Shown here piece by piece: positions 9,229 through 18,317 of a stretch of 64,000 nucleotides of DNA. Under the pieces are notes generated by a model that had not been told where the DNA came from, searched no databases, and saw only the letters and a program-made list of their open reading frames with translations. The position numbers were made by a program, and so were the translations under genes. The stretch lies in NCBI GenBank assembly GCA_032027125.1, contig JAVSMQ010000001.1:1108149-1172148 (forward strand), in the 5' to 3' direction. The number at the start of each line of letters is the position of its first letter. The stretch's first letter is position 1. The DNA comes from Candidatus Kapaibacterium sp. (lineage in GTDB: Bacteria; Bacteroidota; Ignavibacteria; Kapaibacteriales; UBA2268).

Positions 9229-12060
9229 TTAATCTTCAGGATAAAGTACGAACTCTTTGAAAGTGTCCATATTTAAATATTTCTTGCCGGCAGCTACGAC
9301 TGATTCTTTAGTTACTTTATCAACTAATTTGTTGTTTTCTGTGATTGCATTCAAATCTTCGCCATTATAGAGATAAGAATAAATCGCATTAGTCCAGTAA
9401 CGGTTTTCTTTTAGATTCACTTCGTATTCGCGTTTCAGAATTTCTTTAACTTTCTCAACATTGACATCATCAAAGTTTCCTGTCTGTATGTCTTTAATAA
9501 CACCTTTAGCAGCAGTTACAAGGTCCTTAACTTTTTCCGGACCTGTACCGAAGAAAATACTTATGCTGTATTCGGGTGCCGGATATTTTTCCATACGGGG
9601 ACGGGCGCCAATACCATAAACACCACCCATATCCTCGCGGATAACTTCGCGGAGACGAATATTCATAACCTCGACCATTGCTCTGACTGCAAAACGGTTT
9701 TCGATATTATTATCCATCATACCATTGAGTACAAGTCTGACTGTGCTTTTAGGTTCGATACCTTTTTTAACTTCTTTATACATTCCTTTTTCAGGAATTC
9801 TAACGCCGTTATCTTTATAACTACTTTTTGAGTTTGTAGATTTCAGGCTTGCAATATACATTTCGATAAGGGGTTCAATTTCAGCAGGTTTGAAATTACC
9901 AACAAATGTAAATGAAAAGTCAGATGCATCGGCAAATCTTGATTTGTAGAAATCAAAAGCTTTGTCGAGATTTACTTTTGTTAAACTTTCCAATGTCCAA
10001 GGCATTGACCTTAAGTGATGTCCGCCCAATACAGCAGAAATTGTATCGCTGAATACTCTGTCAGGGCTTGTACCGGAATTCTGAATTGATTCCTTCATTT
10101 GTGACATATAGATTTTGAAAGATTCATCATCCTTACGCGGATTGTTGAAATACATATATATCATCTGAAACATCAGTTCAATATCTTTTGGTGATGCTTC
10201 GCCGGTCATACCTTCTGAAAGTTCACTCATGTAAGGAGATACATTGGCAACCTTTCCCTGAAGCATTTTTTGTAAAGTAGTTAAATCAAATTCTCCCAAA
10301 CCTGATTCATTAACTATTCCTGAGGACATAGAAGCTGAATAATAATCGGCATCGCTTGCAAGTGAAGTACCGCCCATTCTGTATGCACGCAGAAGTATCT
10401 GGTCGTTTTTGAATTCGGTTGGTTTCAGATATACTTTTGCATTATTTGACAAAGTAAGTTCAGTTACACCGATTTTTGAATTTTCTTTTCTTGATACAAT
10501 TTTACCGGGGGTCGGTTTTTGACTCATCAATGGCTTGCTTGCATCCACATCTTCATAAGGAGCAATATTCATTGATCTAACTTCATTATACATTGAAAGA
10601 AGTTCTTTCTCAGTAGGAATATTGATACCTTCTTTTATTGGAATGCTGGCAGTGATAACCAATCCTTTATCCTGCATTAACGGGTTAAGGAATTTATTGA
10701 TTTCATCTGCTGTAATTCCGGGCAATAATTCCTGATGCATTTTATATTCAACTTCAATACCCGGAACAGATTCCTGCTCGTGGAAGTTTCTGTACAGCTC
10801 CTGAGCTAACGGCATAGACTCGGTTTTATCTCTTTCATTATAAGCAGTTTCCATCAAACGAAGTATTTCGGTCTTTGCTCTTTCAAGTTCCGATTTTGTT
10901 ACTCCGTGACGTGTCAGTCTGAAACCTTCCTCAAGAATCAGTTTGTATCCTTCATTGATTTTGTCAAGTTTTGGTACGGTTATCAAATTAAAAGCTTCTA
11001 AATCTTTAACAAGGAAACCGTCATAAGCGCCCTGAGCAAAAAGGAAAGGTGAATCACTTTTATGTGATACTTCCTGAAGTCTGTAATTGAAAATAGTATT
11101 AAACAAATTCTTTAACATATTTGTTCTGTATTCGCCGTAAGTACCTGTTTTGTATCCTTCAGCCTTATGTTTAAATACAAACATAAAGTTAGGCATCTGG
11201 AGTTCTTTGTCGGATGCTATCGAAACAATCGGATTCTCATTGATTGGAATTTCAAAATCCACTCTTGGTTTAGGATTGTCAGGATTTTTTGCATTGCCGA
11301 AATATTTTTTTACATATTCTTCCATTTTGTGGACTTCAATGTCGCCTACAACAATAATTGCAGACAGGTTAGGTCTGTAAAAATCATTGTAAAATCTTGT
11401 AAATGCTTCACGGGGAGCAGTTTGGATGATAGCAGTGTCACCAATTGGAAAACGTTTGGCAAATTTACTTCCCCAGAGAATTTTTTCGAAATGCTTCTGT
11501 GAAGTTCTGCCGTTAGCATTAGCCTGACGCAGTCTCCATTCTTCCATGATTACGCCGCGTTCTTTTTCAATTTCCTTGGCATCCATTGTAACATTTGACA
11601 GCCAGTCCTGAAGAACCTGAAATCCTTTATCAAGAAGACCTTCTTTATCTAAGGGAATGGTTATCATATAATAAGTACGGTCAAATCCGGTATTGGCATT
11701 TACATCAGCACCAAATCTCATACCCGTTGATTCAAGAAAGCTAACTAATTTGTCTTTTGGAAAATTTGTAGTACCGTTAAAAGCCATGTGCTCCAAAAAG
11801 TGAGCAAGTCCTGACTGGTCGTCATCTTCATGAGTTGAGCCTGCACGGACAACTATCTGCAGGTCAGCACGATTTTCCGGCTTTTTATTCTGTAAAATAT
11901 AATACTTGAGACCGTTCGATAATGTTCCCGTTTTTACTTTAGGGTTCATCGGAACCATCGCATTCATGTCATAACCGGAAATAGTCTGAGCTAATGAAGG
12001 GCTGTAAAATGCAAAAACTACTAATAATAAGTAGATAATTGCCTTAGTTTTATTAATCAT
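9229..12060 (-). CDS. Secreted M16-family (insulinase/pitrilysin-like) zinc metallopeptidase, two-domain long form (943 aa).
   Basis: Signal peptide MINKTKAIIYLLLVVFAFYSPSLAQ. Inverted zinc-binding motif HFLEHMAFNGT (HxxEH) with downstream Glu. Size and duplicated-domain architecture typical of M16 peptidases. Confidence 0.85.
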   Translation of the reverse strand: MINKTKAIIYLLLVVFAFYSPSLAQTISGYDMNAMVPMNPKVKTGTLSNGLKYYILQNKKPENRADLQIVVRAGSTHEDDDQSGLAHFLEHMAFNGTTNFPKDKLVSFLESTGMRFGADVNANTGFDRTYYMITIPLDKEGLLDKGFQVLQDWLSNVTMDAKEIEKERGVIMEEWRLRQANANGRTSQKHFEKILWGSKFAKRFPIGDTAIIQTAPREAFTRFYNDFYRPNLSAIIVVGDIEVHKMEEYVKKYFGNAKNPDNPKPRVDFEIPINENPIVSIASDKELQMPNFMFVFKHKAEGYKTGTYGEYRTNMLKNLFNTIFNYRLQEVSHKSDSPFLFAQGAYDGFLVKDLEAFNLITVPKLDKINEGYKLILEEGFRLTRHGVTKSELERAKTEILRLMETAYNERDKTESMPLAQELYRNFHEQESVPGIEVEYKMHQELLPGITADEINKFLNPLMQDKGLVITASIPIKEGINIPTEKELLSMYNEVRSMNIAPYEDVDASKPLMSQKPTPGKIVSRKENSKIGVTELTLSNNAKVYLKPTEFKNDQILLRAYRMGGTSLASDADYYSASMSSGIVNESGLGEFDLTTLQKMLQGKVANVSPYMSELSEGMTGEASPKDIELMFQMIYMYFNNPRKDDESFKIYMSQMKESIQNSGTSPDRVFSDTISAVLGGHHLRSMPWTLESLTKVNLDKAFDFYKSRFADASDFSFTFVGNFKPAEIEPLIEMYIASLKSTNSKSSYKDNGVRIPEKGMYKEVKKGIEPKSTVRLVLNGMMDNNIENRFAVRAMVEVMNIRLREVIREDMGGVYGIGARPRMEKYPAPEYSISIFFGTGPEKVKDLVTAAKGVIKDIQTGNFDDVNVEKVKEILKREYEVNLKENRYWTNAIYSYLYNGEDLNAITENNKLVDKVTKESVVAAGKKYLNMDTFKEFVLYPED

Positions 12061-12164
12061 AGCATCCTCAAAAATAAAAAAAATAATTTGTCATTTTTAT
12101 AAATATAAATTTACCAAATTTTTTTGAAATAATTACAATATTTCAATATAAAAGTAAAAAAAAC

Positions 12165-12193
12165 GGGAGTCTTTGAGACTCCCATTTCCCATT
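12165..12193 (-). terminator. Rho-independent terminator downstream of the small HMA-like gene.
   Basis: On the minus strand: GGGAGTCTCAAAGACTCCC followed by a T8 run. Confidence 0.75.
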
Positions 12194-12226
12194 ATCATCC
12201 TTTCCAAAACTTTAATAATCCCAATA

Positions 12227-12583
12227 TCATTTGATATTTGCCTGAGATGTAGAACCGGTAGATTTGTTGATTGCTTTATCCTCAATTATTTCAGCATCAT
12301 AACCCATATCTGAAATTAAATCCTTCAATTTTGAACTTTTTATTGTTTTACTTTTATATGTAACAATTACAGTCTGGTCCTTAAGGTCGAGGTAAGCATC
12401 TACAACTCCGTCCTGCTGTTTTATTTCTGTTTCAATTCTGTTTTTGCACATCTCTGAATATGCAGACGTTTTAATTTTAACTTCATAATTCTGAGAATTA
12501 TCATCCTGAGCAATTACGTTTCCAACAACTGCCATGCTTAAAAACAGCATAACTGCAACGATATTTAATAATGAATTCTTCAT
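12227..12583 (-). CDS. Small secreted protein with a heavy-metal-associated (HMA)-like ferredoxin fold that lacks the second metal-binding Cys. Start set at MKNSLL.
   Basis: Signal peptide MKNSLLNIVAVMLFLSMAVVGNVIAQD. Core YEVKIKTSAYSEMCKNRIE...VVDAYLDLKDQTVIVTY resembles the beta-alpha-beta-beta-alpha-beta HMA domain, but the MxCxxC motif is reduced to a single Cys (EMCKNR). Confidence 0.45.
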   Translation of the reverse strand: MKNSLLNIVAVMLFLSMAVVGNVIAQDDNSQNYEVKIKTSAYSEMCKNRIETEIKQQDGVVDAYLDLKDQTVIVTYKSKTIKSSKLKDLISDMGYDAEIIEDKAINKSTGSTSQANIK

Positions 12584-12817
12584 GTTGAATTCTCCTCTGT
12601 GTTTTATTTTATTAAATTCAAAAACCAATTACATTATGTATTACGCTGAGAAAAATATTTGGTTTCAAATTATTTTTGTTTTTTAAAAAAATATTATTAT
12701 GGTAATTTAAAACAATAATAAAAAATTTATGATATAATTTACCATAATTCTTGTTAGTTTTGTAATTGAATAAATTATACATTTTAGTTTTACTTTGAAA
12801 TATAGTCAGGAGATAAT

Positions 12818-14026
12818 ATGTCAGACATAAAAAGGATTGGTATCATAACAAGCGGTGGAGATTGCGGAGGCTTGAATGCTGTAATAACAGGAGCTGCCAG
12901 AATGGGTTATAATCTTGGAATCGAAGCATGTCTTATCCCAAACGGTTATGCAGGATTGTATAATCTTAACAATCTCGAACCGGTGGTTATTGATTTTTCG
13001 AGAGCAGACAAAATCCATTCGGGAGTGGCAGGTTCCGAAGCAGGACATTCAAGAGTTAAAATAAGCAAGATAAAAGACCCCGACAAATATGATATTATCC
13101 GAAGCGGTTTAAAAAAACACAATATTGACGGTTTAATTATAGCGGGCGGTGATGATACAGGCTCGGTTGTAGTTGATTTGATTTCAGAAGGAATTAATTG
13201 TGTGCATGTACCTAAAACAATGGATTTAGACCTTCAGACATATTCCGTCGGCGGTGATTCGACTATAAACCGTATATCAAAATTTACAGATGAACTCAGA
13301 ACCACTGGACTTACACATAACAGAGCGCTTGTGGTAGAAGTTTTCGGCAGATATGCCGGTCATACAGCTTTTCGCGGCGGTATTGGTGCTGATGCCGACT
13401 GCATTTTGATTCCTGAGGTAGAAGTTGACTACGAAATTGTATATAATCATTTCAAAACTACTTATGTTAACAGGCTTCTCACGAGTGATGTTAAAGGTTC
13501 AACCTATATAATTGTAGCAGCCGAGGGTGTAAAAAACAAAGACGGCAAATACTTTACCGATGATGTTGCATCCGATTCATTCGGACATAAAAGATTGGCA
13601 GGTGTCGGAAGTTATATACGACAGCAATTGGAAACTTATGCAAAAAACGACTCCTATTGGGAATTAATACTGAAACGTGAAGGTATATATGTTGAAGATA
13701 TATATATGTATCCCGAAATCCGGGAAGTACAGTTAGGTCACCTTGTTCGTGCCGGACAGACCAGTGCTTATGATGTGACTTTCGGCAAACAGGGCGGCGG
13801 TGCAGCTATGCTGCTTATGAGTAAAGGCATTTACGGTGTTACGGTAGTCGGGGTTGAGGGCAGCGACATAACTTATCTGCCTACATCGGAAGCAATTAAA
13901 CAAAGATTTGTCAATCTTGACGATATAGCTTTTCAGGAATCTCTCGGTGTATGTTTCGGACGGGAGCCGATACAATTAAAACCCAACTTCCTGAAGCAAA
14001 ACGGAATTATCCACAGATATATGTAA
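12818..14026 (+). CDS. pfp: 6-phosphofructokinase of the short PFK-A family, carrying residue signatures of pyrophosphate-dependent enzymes.
   Basis: IGIITSGGDCGGLNAVI (the E. coli GGDAPGMN region). IIAGGDDTGS carries Asp where ATP-PFKs have Gly104 (the E. coli 102-GGDGS region). VPKTMDLD carries Lys where ATP-PFKs have Gly124 (the E. coli 122-LPGTIDND region). Confidence 0.85.
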   Translation: MSDIKRIGIITSGGDCGGLNAVITGAARMGYNLGIEACLIPNGYAGLYNLNNLEPVVIDFSRADKIHSGVAGSEAGHSRVKISKIKDPDKYDIIRSGLKKHNIDGLIIAGGDDTGSVVVDLISEGINCVHVPKTMDLDLQTYSVGGDSTINRISKFTDELRTTGLTHNRALVVEVFGRYAGHTAFRGGIGADADCILIPEVEVDYEIVYNHFKTTYVNRLLTSDVKGSTYIIVAAEGVKNKDGKYFTDDVASDSFGHKRLAGVGSYIRQQLETYAKNDSYWELILKREGIYVEDIYMYPEIREVQLGHLVRAGQTSAYDVTFGKQGGGAAMLLMSKGIYGVTVVGVEGSDITYLPTSEAIKQRFVNLDDIAFQESLGVCFGREPIQLKPNFLKQNGIIHRYM

Positions 14027-14071
14027 TTATTCGTCTATATCTCTTTTCAGAAATAAAATGAATTTATATAA

Positions 14072-14980
14072 ATGGATATAGATAATATAAAGAAAGCTCT
14101 TCAGTTAAGGGACAGGGCAGTCAGAGTTATTTCAAAAGACGGTCATTACAGGGCTGTTTGCGTTAAGAATACAACAACTGCCCAAACTGCACAAAAAAAT
14201 CACAAACTTGATGCAATTCCTGCTGTTTTACTTGCAAGGACATTAGCGGGTGCATCGCTGGCGTCTGCTTTTCTCAAAGGAGAAGAGAGAATTGTATTGC
14301 AGATTGACGGCGATGGTGCTGTCAGCAAGATTTTTGCAGAAGCTATGCAATTGGGTGAGGTGCGGGGATTCATTGACCTTAAAAATCCGGGCAGTAAAAT
14401 TGAAGGTAAAAATATCTCAGAAATAATTGGAAACGGACTTTTCAGATTATCACGCGTTTTGTATAATGAAGCAGAACCCGTGCAGGGTGTTGTACCGCTT
14501 CAAAAGGGTGACATAGCGACAGATTTGGCTTTTTATTATAATCAGTCTGAACAAGTGCCTTCAGCAGTAATTTTAGACTGCTCAACAGATTCCGATGGAT
14601 TTATCAGCCAGTCCGGCGGTTTGATAGTACAGGCAATGCCCGGACATTCAGATTTCGAGCTGCTGAACATTTATGACAGTCTCAAAAATTCCAAACCCTT
14701 GACTCAATATTTTGATGATGAATTAAATCCACAGCAATGTATGAAGAATATTTTACCGTTTGAGTTTGATATTCTCAGCAGCACTCAGGTTGATTTCTTC
14801 TGCAGATGCTCAATGGAAACTTTTAAAAGCAAACTGCTTACTTTGGGTAAAAAAGAGATAAATGAAATGCAGCAGGTCGGGCACAACGAACTTGTATGCA
14901 GATACTGCAGCAAACATTATTATTTGACAAATGATGATTTTAATTCGTTAAATCAGGAATTGATTGCAAGGAATAATTAA
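14072..14980 (+). CDS. hslO: Redox-regulated chaperone Hsp33.
   Basis: ~300 aa Hsp33 layout with the C-terminal zinc-centre cysteines FFCRCSMETF ... LVCRYCSKHY (CxC...CxxC). Confidence 0.85.
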   Translation: MDIDNIKKALQLRDRAVRVISKDGHYRAVCVKNTTTAQTAQKNHKLDAIPAVLLARTLAGASLASAFLKGEERIVLQIDGDGAVSKIFAEAMQLGEVRGFIDLKNPGSKIEGKNISEIIGNGLFRLSRVLYNEAEPVQGVVPLQKGDIATDLAFYYNQSEQVPSAVILDCSTDSDGFISQSGGLIVQAMPGHSDFELLNIYDSLKNSKPLTQYFDDELNPQQCMKNILPFEFDILSSTQVDFFCRCSMETFKSKLLTLGKKEINEMQQVGHNELVCRYCSKHYYLTNDDFNSLNQELIARNN

Positions 14981-15031
14981 GTTTGATAATTTTTAATGAG
15001 AATGTATACTTTTAGCATGATTAATCAAGAA

Positions 15032-15096
15032 ATCCCCCTAACCCCCTTGAAAAGGGGGAAACTGGATTCACACTTTTCATGTGGGTTAGGGGGATT
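15032..15096. repeat. G/C-rich nested inverted repeat in the hslO-miaA spacer; likely a terminator hairpin belonging to a small repeat family.
   Basis: Outer 13-nt IR atccccctaaccc (15032-15044) / gggttagggggat (15084-15096). Inner hairpin ccccctt-gaa-aaggggg (15042-15058). The core ctaacccc recurs at 29554-29590, 37837-37870 and, inverted, at 33629-33648. Confidence 0.6.
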
Positions 15097-15205
15097 CGGA
15101 ATGGTCGAGATAAAGATATTTTAATACGAATCATGGTCATTATTTAACAAGCTGAGTAGTTACGATAATTTTATAATGTAATTTTGAATTATAATATTTC
15201 TTAAA

Positions 15206-16129
15206 ATGATGAACAAAAATGTAATTGTAATAACCGGACCTACTGCTTCGGGCAAAACGGATTTTGCATTAAAACTTGCTGAATACGGCGATATTGAAAT
15301 CATTTCTGCCGACTCCCGCCAGATATACAGATATATGAATATCGGCACTGCAAAACCGAATGAAGATGAGTTGAGCAGGGTCAAACATCATTTGATTGAT
15401 ATACTGAATCCAGACGAGGAATTCAGCGCCGGGAAATTTGCGGAAATATCAAAATCAATAATTTATGATATTACTGCAAGAGGAAAAATTCCGGTAGTTA
15501 CCGGCGGTACAGGGTTTTATATTAAGGCTCTATTCGAAGGATTATCTTCAATAAGTGATATCGAAAACGAAAAAAGGCTGGTTATCCGAAACGAATTAAA
15601 TGATGTGCTTATTAATAACGGAAAAGAATGTTTATTCGAAATGCTAATGCAGTCCGATAGTGTTTCCGCTGAAAAATATTCCGATAAAAATCCGAGAAGG
15701 GTTATCAGAGCTTTAGAATATATCAAATTAACCGGAAATAAATTTTCAGATACTTTTGGAAAAGAAGGTTCGTCGGGATTAGTGCCGCAGTATTATGTCT
15801 TAAATCCTGCCCGTGAAATCCTTTACAAAAAAATTAATCAGAGAACCGACGAAATGTTTGATAATGGTCTGATTAAAGAAGTTGTAAAAATAATTGAAAT
15901 GGGATATTCTTTTGAATTAAACAGTCTTAATACCGTCGGCTATAAAGAGTGCATCAGTCTGATATTGGGAGAAATCACATTAGAACGTGCAATTGAACTC
16001 ACCAAACAAAATACACGCCGATATGCAAAACGTCAGGTAACATGGCTGAATCAAATTGAAAATTTCGAACTTATCGAAGACAAAAACAGCAATACATTTT
16101 CAAAAATTATTGATAATTACAAGATGTGA
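15206..16129 (+). CDS. miaA: tRNA dimethylallyltransferase (tRNA isopentenyltransferase).
   Basis: P-loop VIVITGPTASGKT, IISADSRQIYRYMNIGTAKP, and VPQYYVLNP..R..L..RI..R...M...GLI.E; length 307 aa. Confidence 0.9.
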   Translation: MMNKNVIVITGPTASGKTDFALKLAEYGDIEIISADSRQIYRYMNIGTAKPNEDELSRVKHHLIDILNPDEEFSAGKFAEISKSIIYDITARGKIPVVTGGTGFYIKALFEGLSSISDIENEKRLVIRNELNDVLINNGKECLFEMLMQSDSVSAEKYSDKNPRRVIRALEYIKLTGNKFSDTFGKEGSSGLVPQYYVLNPAREILYKKINQRTDEMFDNGLIKEVVKIIEMGYSFELNSLNTVGYKECISLILGEITLERAIELTKQNTRRYAKRQVTWLNQIENFELIEDKNSNTFSKIIDNYKM

Positions 16130-16148
16130 AGGTTTTAATACTGTTTAT

Positions 16149-17048
16149 TCAATCACACCCATTAACATACTGGCAGTTCTCTGCATCTGATTCATCCTCA
16201 ATTTCGATAGTCAGATGCTGAATTCCGAAATCGTTTGCAATTTTTTTAATGTCTGATTTCAGTTCAAATAATTGGGTTTTAGATGTAAGATTGTCAACTA
16301 CAATATGTAATGACATTATATTCTTTTCGCCGTCTAATGACCATAGATGCACATCATGCATGGATTTGACAAATTTCTTGTTCAGAATTCTGCTTTCAAG
16401 TTCAGCCAGATTTATATTTTGGGGAACTTCCTGAAGGACGACTTTAATAATGGATTTCAGATTTTTATAGACATTACTCAATACCCAGATTGTAATTGCG
16501 AGAGATAAAATCGGGTCGAGAATTGGGAGATTAACAAACATCATGACAATGCTGACAATCAGAACAGCTATCCAACCCATAACATCTTCAAGCAGATGCA
16601 GAAATACTGCTTTTTCGTTTAGAGTAGTACCCTTTTTAAGTCTTAAAACTGCTATACCGTTTGCTAAAATTCCGAATATTGCAAACAATAACATACCGCC
16701 GGCATTAGCATCCTGCGGGTTGACAAGTCTATCAATACTTTCCTGAATAATAAAAATGGAACTGATTAGCAGTATAATTGAAACTACAACCGCACCGAGA
16801 AGAGAAAATCTTTTATATCCGTATGAATAATATTTGTCGCCCTTTTGCCGGGATTTCTTTTGAAGATACCATGAAACAGCAAGAGAAATGCTGTCTCCGA
16901 AATCATGTGCAGCATCGGATATAATTGCAATACTGTTTGTATAGAAACCGCCGATTAACTCAAATACTGCAAAAAATATATTCAAGAAAAATGCAATGCC
17001 AATATTTTTAGAGGCATTTTCGGAAGAATGGTTGTGAGAATGTTCCAA
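16149..17048 (-). CDS. Cation diffusion facilitator (CDF) family divalent-cation efflux transporter, CzcD/ZitB-like.
   Basis: His-rich N-terminus (MEHSHNHSSEN). Six-TM domain with SDAAHDFGDS metal-site motif (HxxxD) and a second H/D pair region (LLEDVMGW). C-terminal cytoplasmic dimerisation domain; ~300 aa. Confidence 0.8.
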   Translation of the reverse strand: MEHSHNHSSENASKNIGIAFFLNIFFAVFELIGGFYTNSIAIISDAAHDFGDSISLAVSWYLQKKSRQKGDKYYSYGYKRFSLLGAVVVSIILLISSIFIIQESIDRLVNPQDANAGGMLLFAIFGILANGIAVLRLKKGTTLNEKAVFLHLLEDVMGWIAVLIVSIVMMFVNLPILDPILSLAITIWVLSNVYKNLKSIIKVVLQEVPQNINLAELESRILNKKFVKSMHDVHLWSLDGEKNIMSLHIVVDNLTSKTQLFELKSDIKKIANDFGIQHLTIEIEDESDAENCQYVNGCD

Positions 17049-17098
17049 CTGCTTTCCTTAAATAATCTTTGAATCAACCTGAATTAAATGAAGTATCA

Positions 17099-18316
17099 CT
17101 AATATAAACTCAACATATCCTCAAAATTCTCTTTTCTTCTGATTACTTTTGCCGTATCACCGTCAAGCAGAACCTCAGCAGGTTTGGGACGGTTATTATA
17201 ATTTGATGACATGGCATATCCGTAAGCACCTGCATCTCTCATAACAACTATATCACCTTCTTCAGCGGTAGGAAGAAAAATATTTTTGACAAATATATCA
17301 GAATTTTCGCAGATTTGACCGCAAAGATTTACATTCATTTCAGGAATAGTTTTTCCGTAGATATATGTCCGGTGTTTCGCGCCGTAGAGTGCCGGACGCA
17401 ATAGAGTACTCATTCCTGCATCAACACCTACGAAATGTTTGTATGAATGTTTAATTCCTGTAACCTTGCTAATCAGCCAGCCTGCGTTTCCAACAAGATA
17501 GCGCCCCGGTTCCATCAGTAATTCAGGTTGTCCGAAGCCGTATTTCTGACATTTTTCCTGAAATACTTCCGTGACAAGTCTTGCAGTCAATTCCATATCA
17601 AGTACTTCGTCATCATCTTCGTAAGGTATTCCGAAACCGCCGCCTATATCAACATATTCCGGCACTGTGCCTAATTTATCAAAAATATTACCTGCAATCA
17701 TCATCAGTTTCTCGACTACCTGAGCAAAGTAATATGGTTCGAGATTATTTGACCCTGTCATCATGTGTATGCCGAATCTTTTATATCCTTCAGATTTTAC
17801 AACTTCGTAGGCATGAACTGCTTTTTCATAAGGAACACCGAATTTTGCATCAGTACCTCCGGTAGTAATTCCTTCGTAACCGCCTTTACCGATACCCGGA
17901 TTAATTCTGAATGAAATTACATCAGTTTTGTTAATTTGATTCAATCTTTTAAAAGATGTAATATCATCAAGATTAATTTTGATATTATAATCTGCAATCT
18001 GGCTGAAATCACTTTGACTTTCATAATTACCGGTATAGATTATTTTATCATCAGGAAAGCCGGCATATTTTGCAAGTTGTACTTCAAAAGGTGATGAACA
18101 GTCAACACCGCAGCCTATCTCATTGAATATCTGCAATATATGAACATTACTGTTAGCCTTGACGCTGTAATGTACCTTGGTTTTTTCGTAATATTTCTTA
18201 AATGTGCCGATAAGCTTATTATAATTACTTAAGATAGCGCTTTTGTCATATACATAAAGCGGAGTGCCATAATTGACGGCAAGTTCTTTAATATCAAATT
18301 GCCCGATATTAGTCAT
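17099..18316 (-). CDS. lysA: Diaminopimelate decarboxylase (PLP-dependent Orn/DAP/Arg decarboxylase family 2).
   Basis: PLP-lysine motif HYSVKANSN, VDIGGGFGIPY, and C-terminal CGQICENSD (the CESGD-like region). Immediately downstream of aspartate kinase. Confidence 0.85.
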   Translation of the reverse strand: MTNIGQFDIKELAVNYGTPLYVYDKSAILSNYNKLIGTFKKYYEKTKVHYSVKANSNVHILQIFNEIGCGVDCSSPFEVQLAKYAGFPDDKIIYTGNYESQSDFSQIADYNIKINLDDITSFKRLNQINKTDVISFRINPGIGKGGYEGITTGGTDAKFGVPYEKAVHAYEVVKSEGYKRFGIHMMTGSNNLEPYYFAQVVEKLMMIAGNIFDKLGTVPEYVDIGGGFGIPYEDDDEVLDMELTARLVTEVFQEKCQKYGFGQPELLMEPGRYLVGNAGWLISKVTGIKHSYKHFVGVDAGMSTLLRPALYGAKHRTYIYGKTIPEMNVNLCGQICENSDIFVKNIFLPTAEEGDIVVMRDAGAYGYAMSSNYNNRPKPAEVLLDGDTAKVIRRKENFEDMLSLY

Positions 18317-18317
18317 T

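Noticed and set aside
11150-11502. Plus-strand ORFs (76 and 111 aa) antisense to the M16 peptidase gene.
   Set aside because: Nested within a high-confidence gene on the opposite strand. No independent signals.
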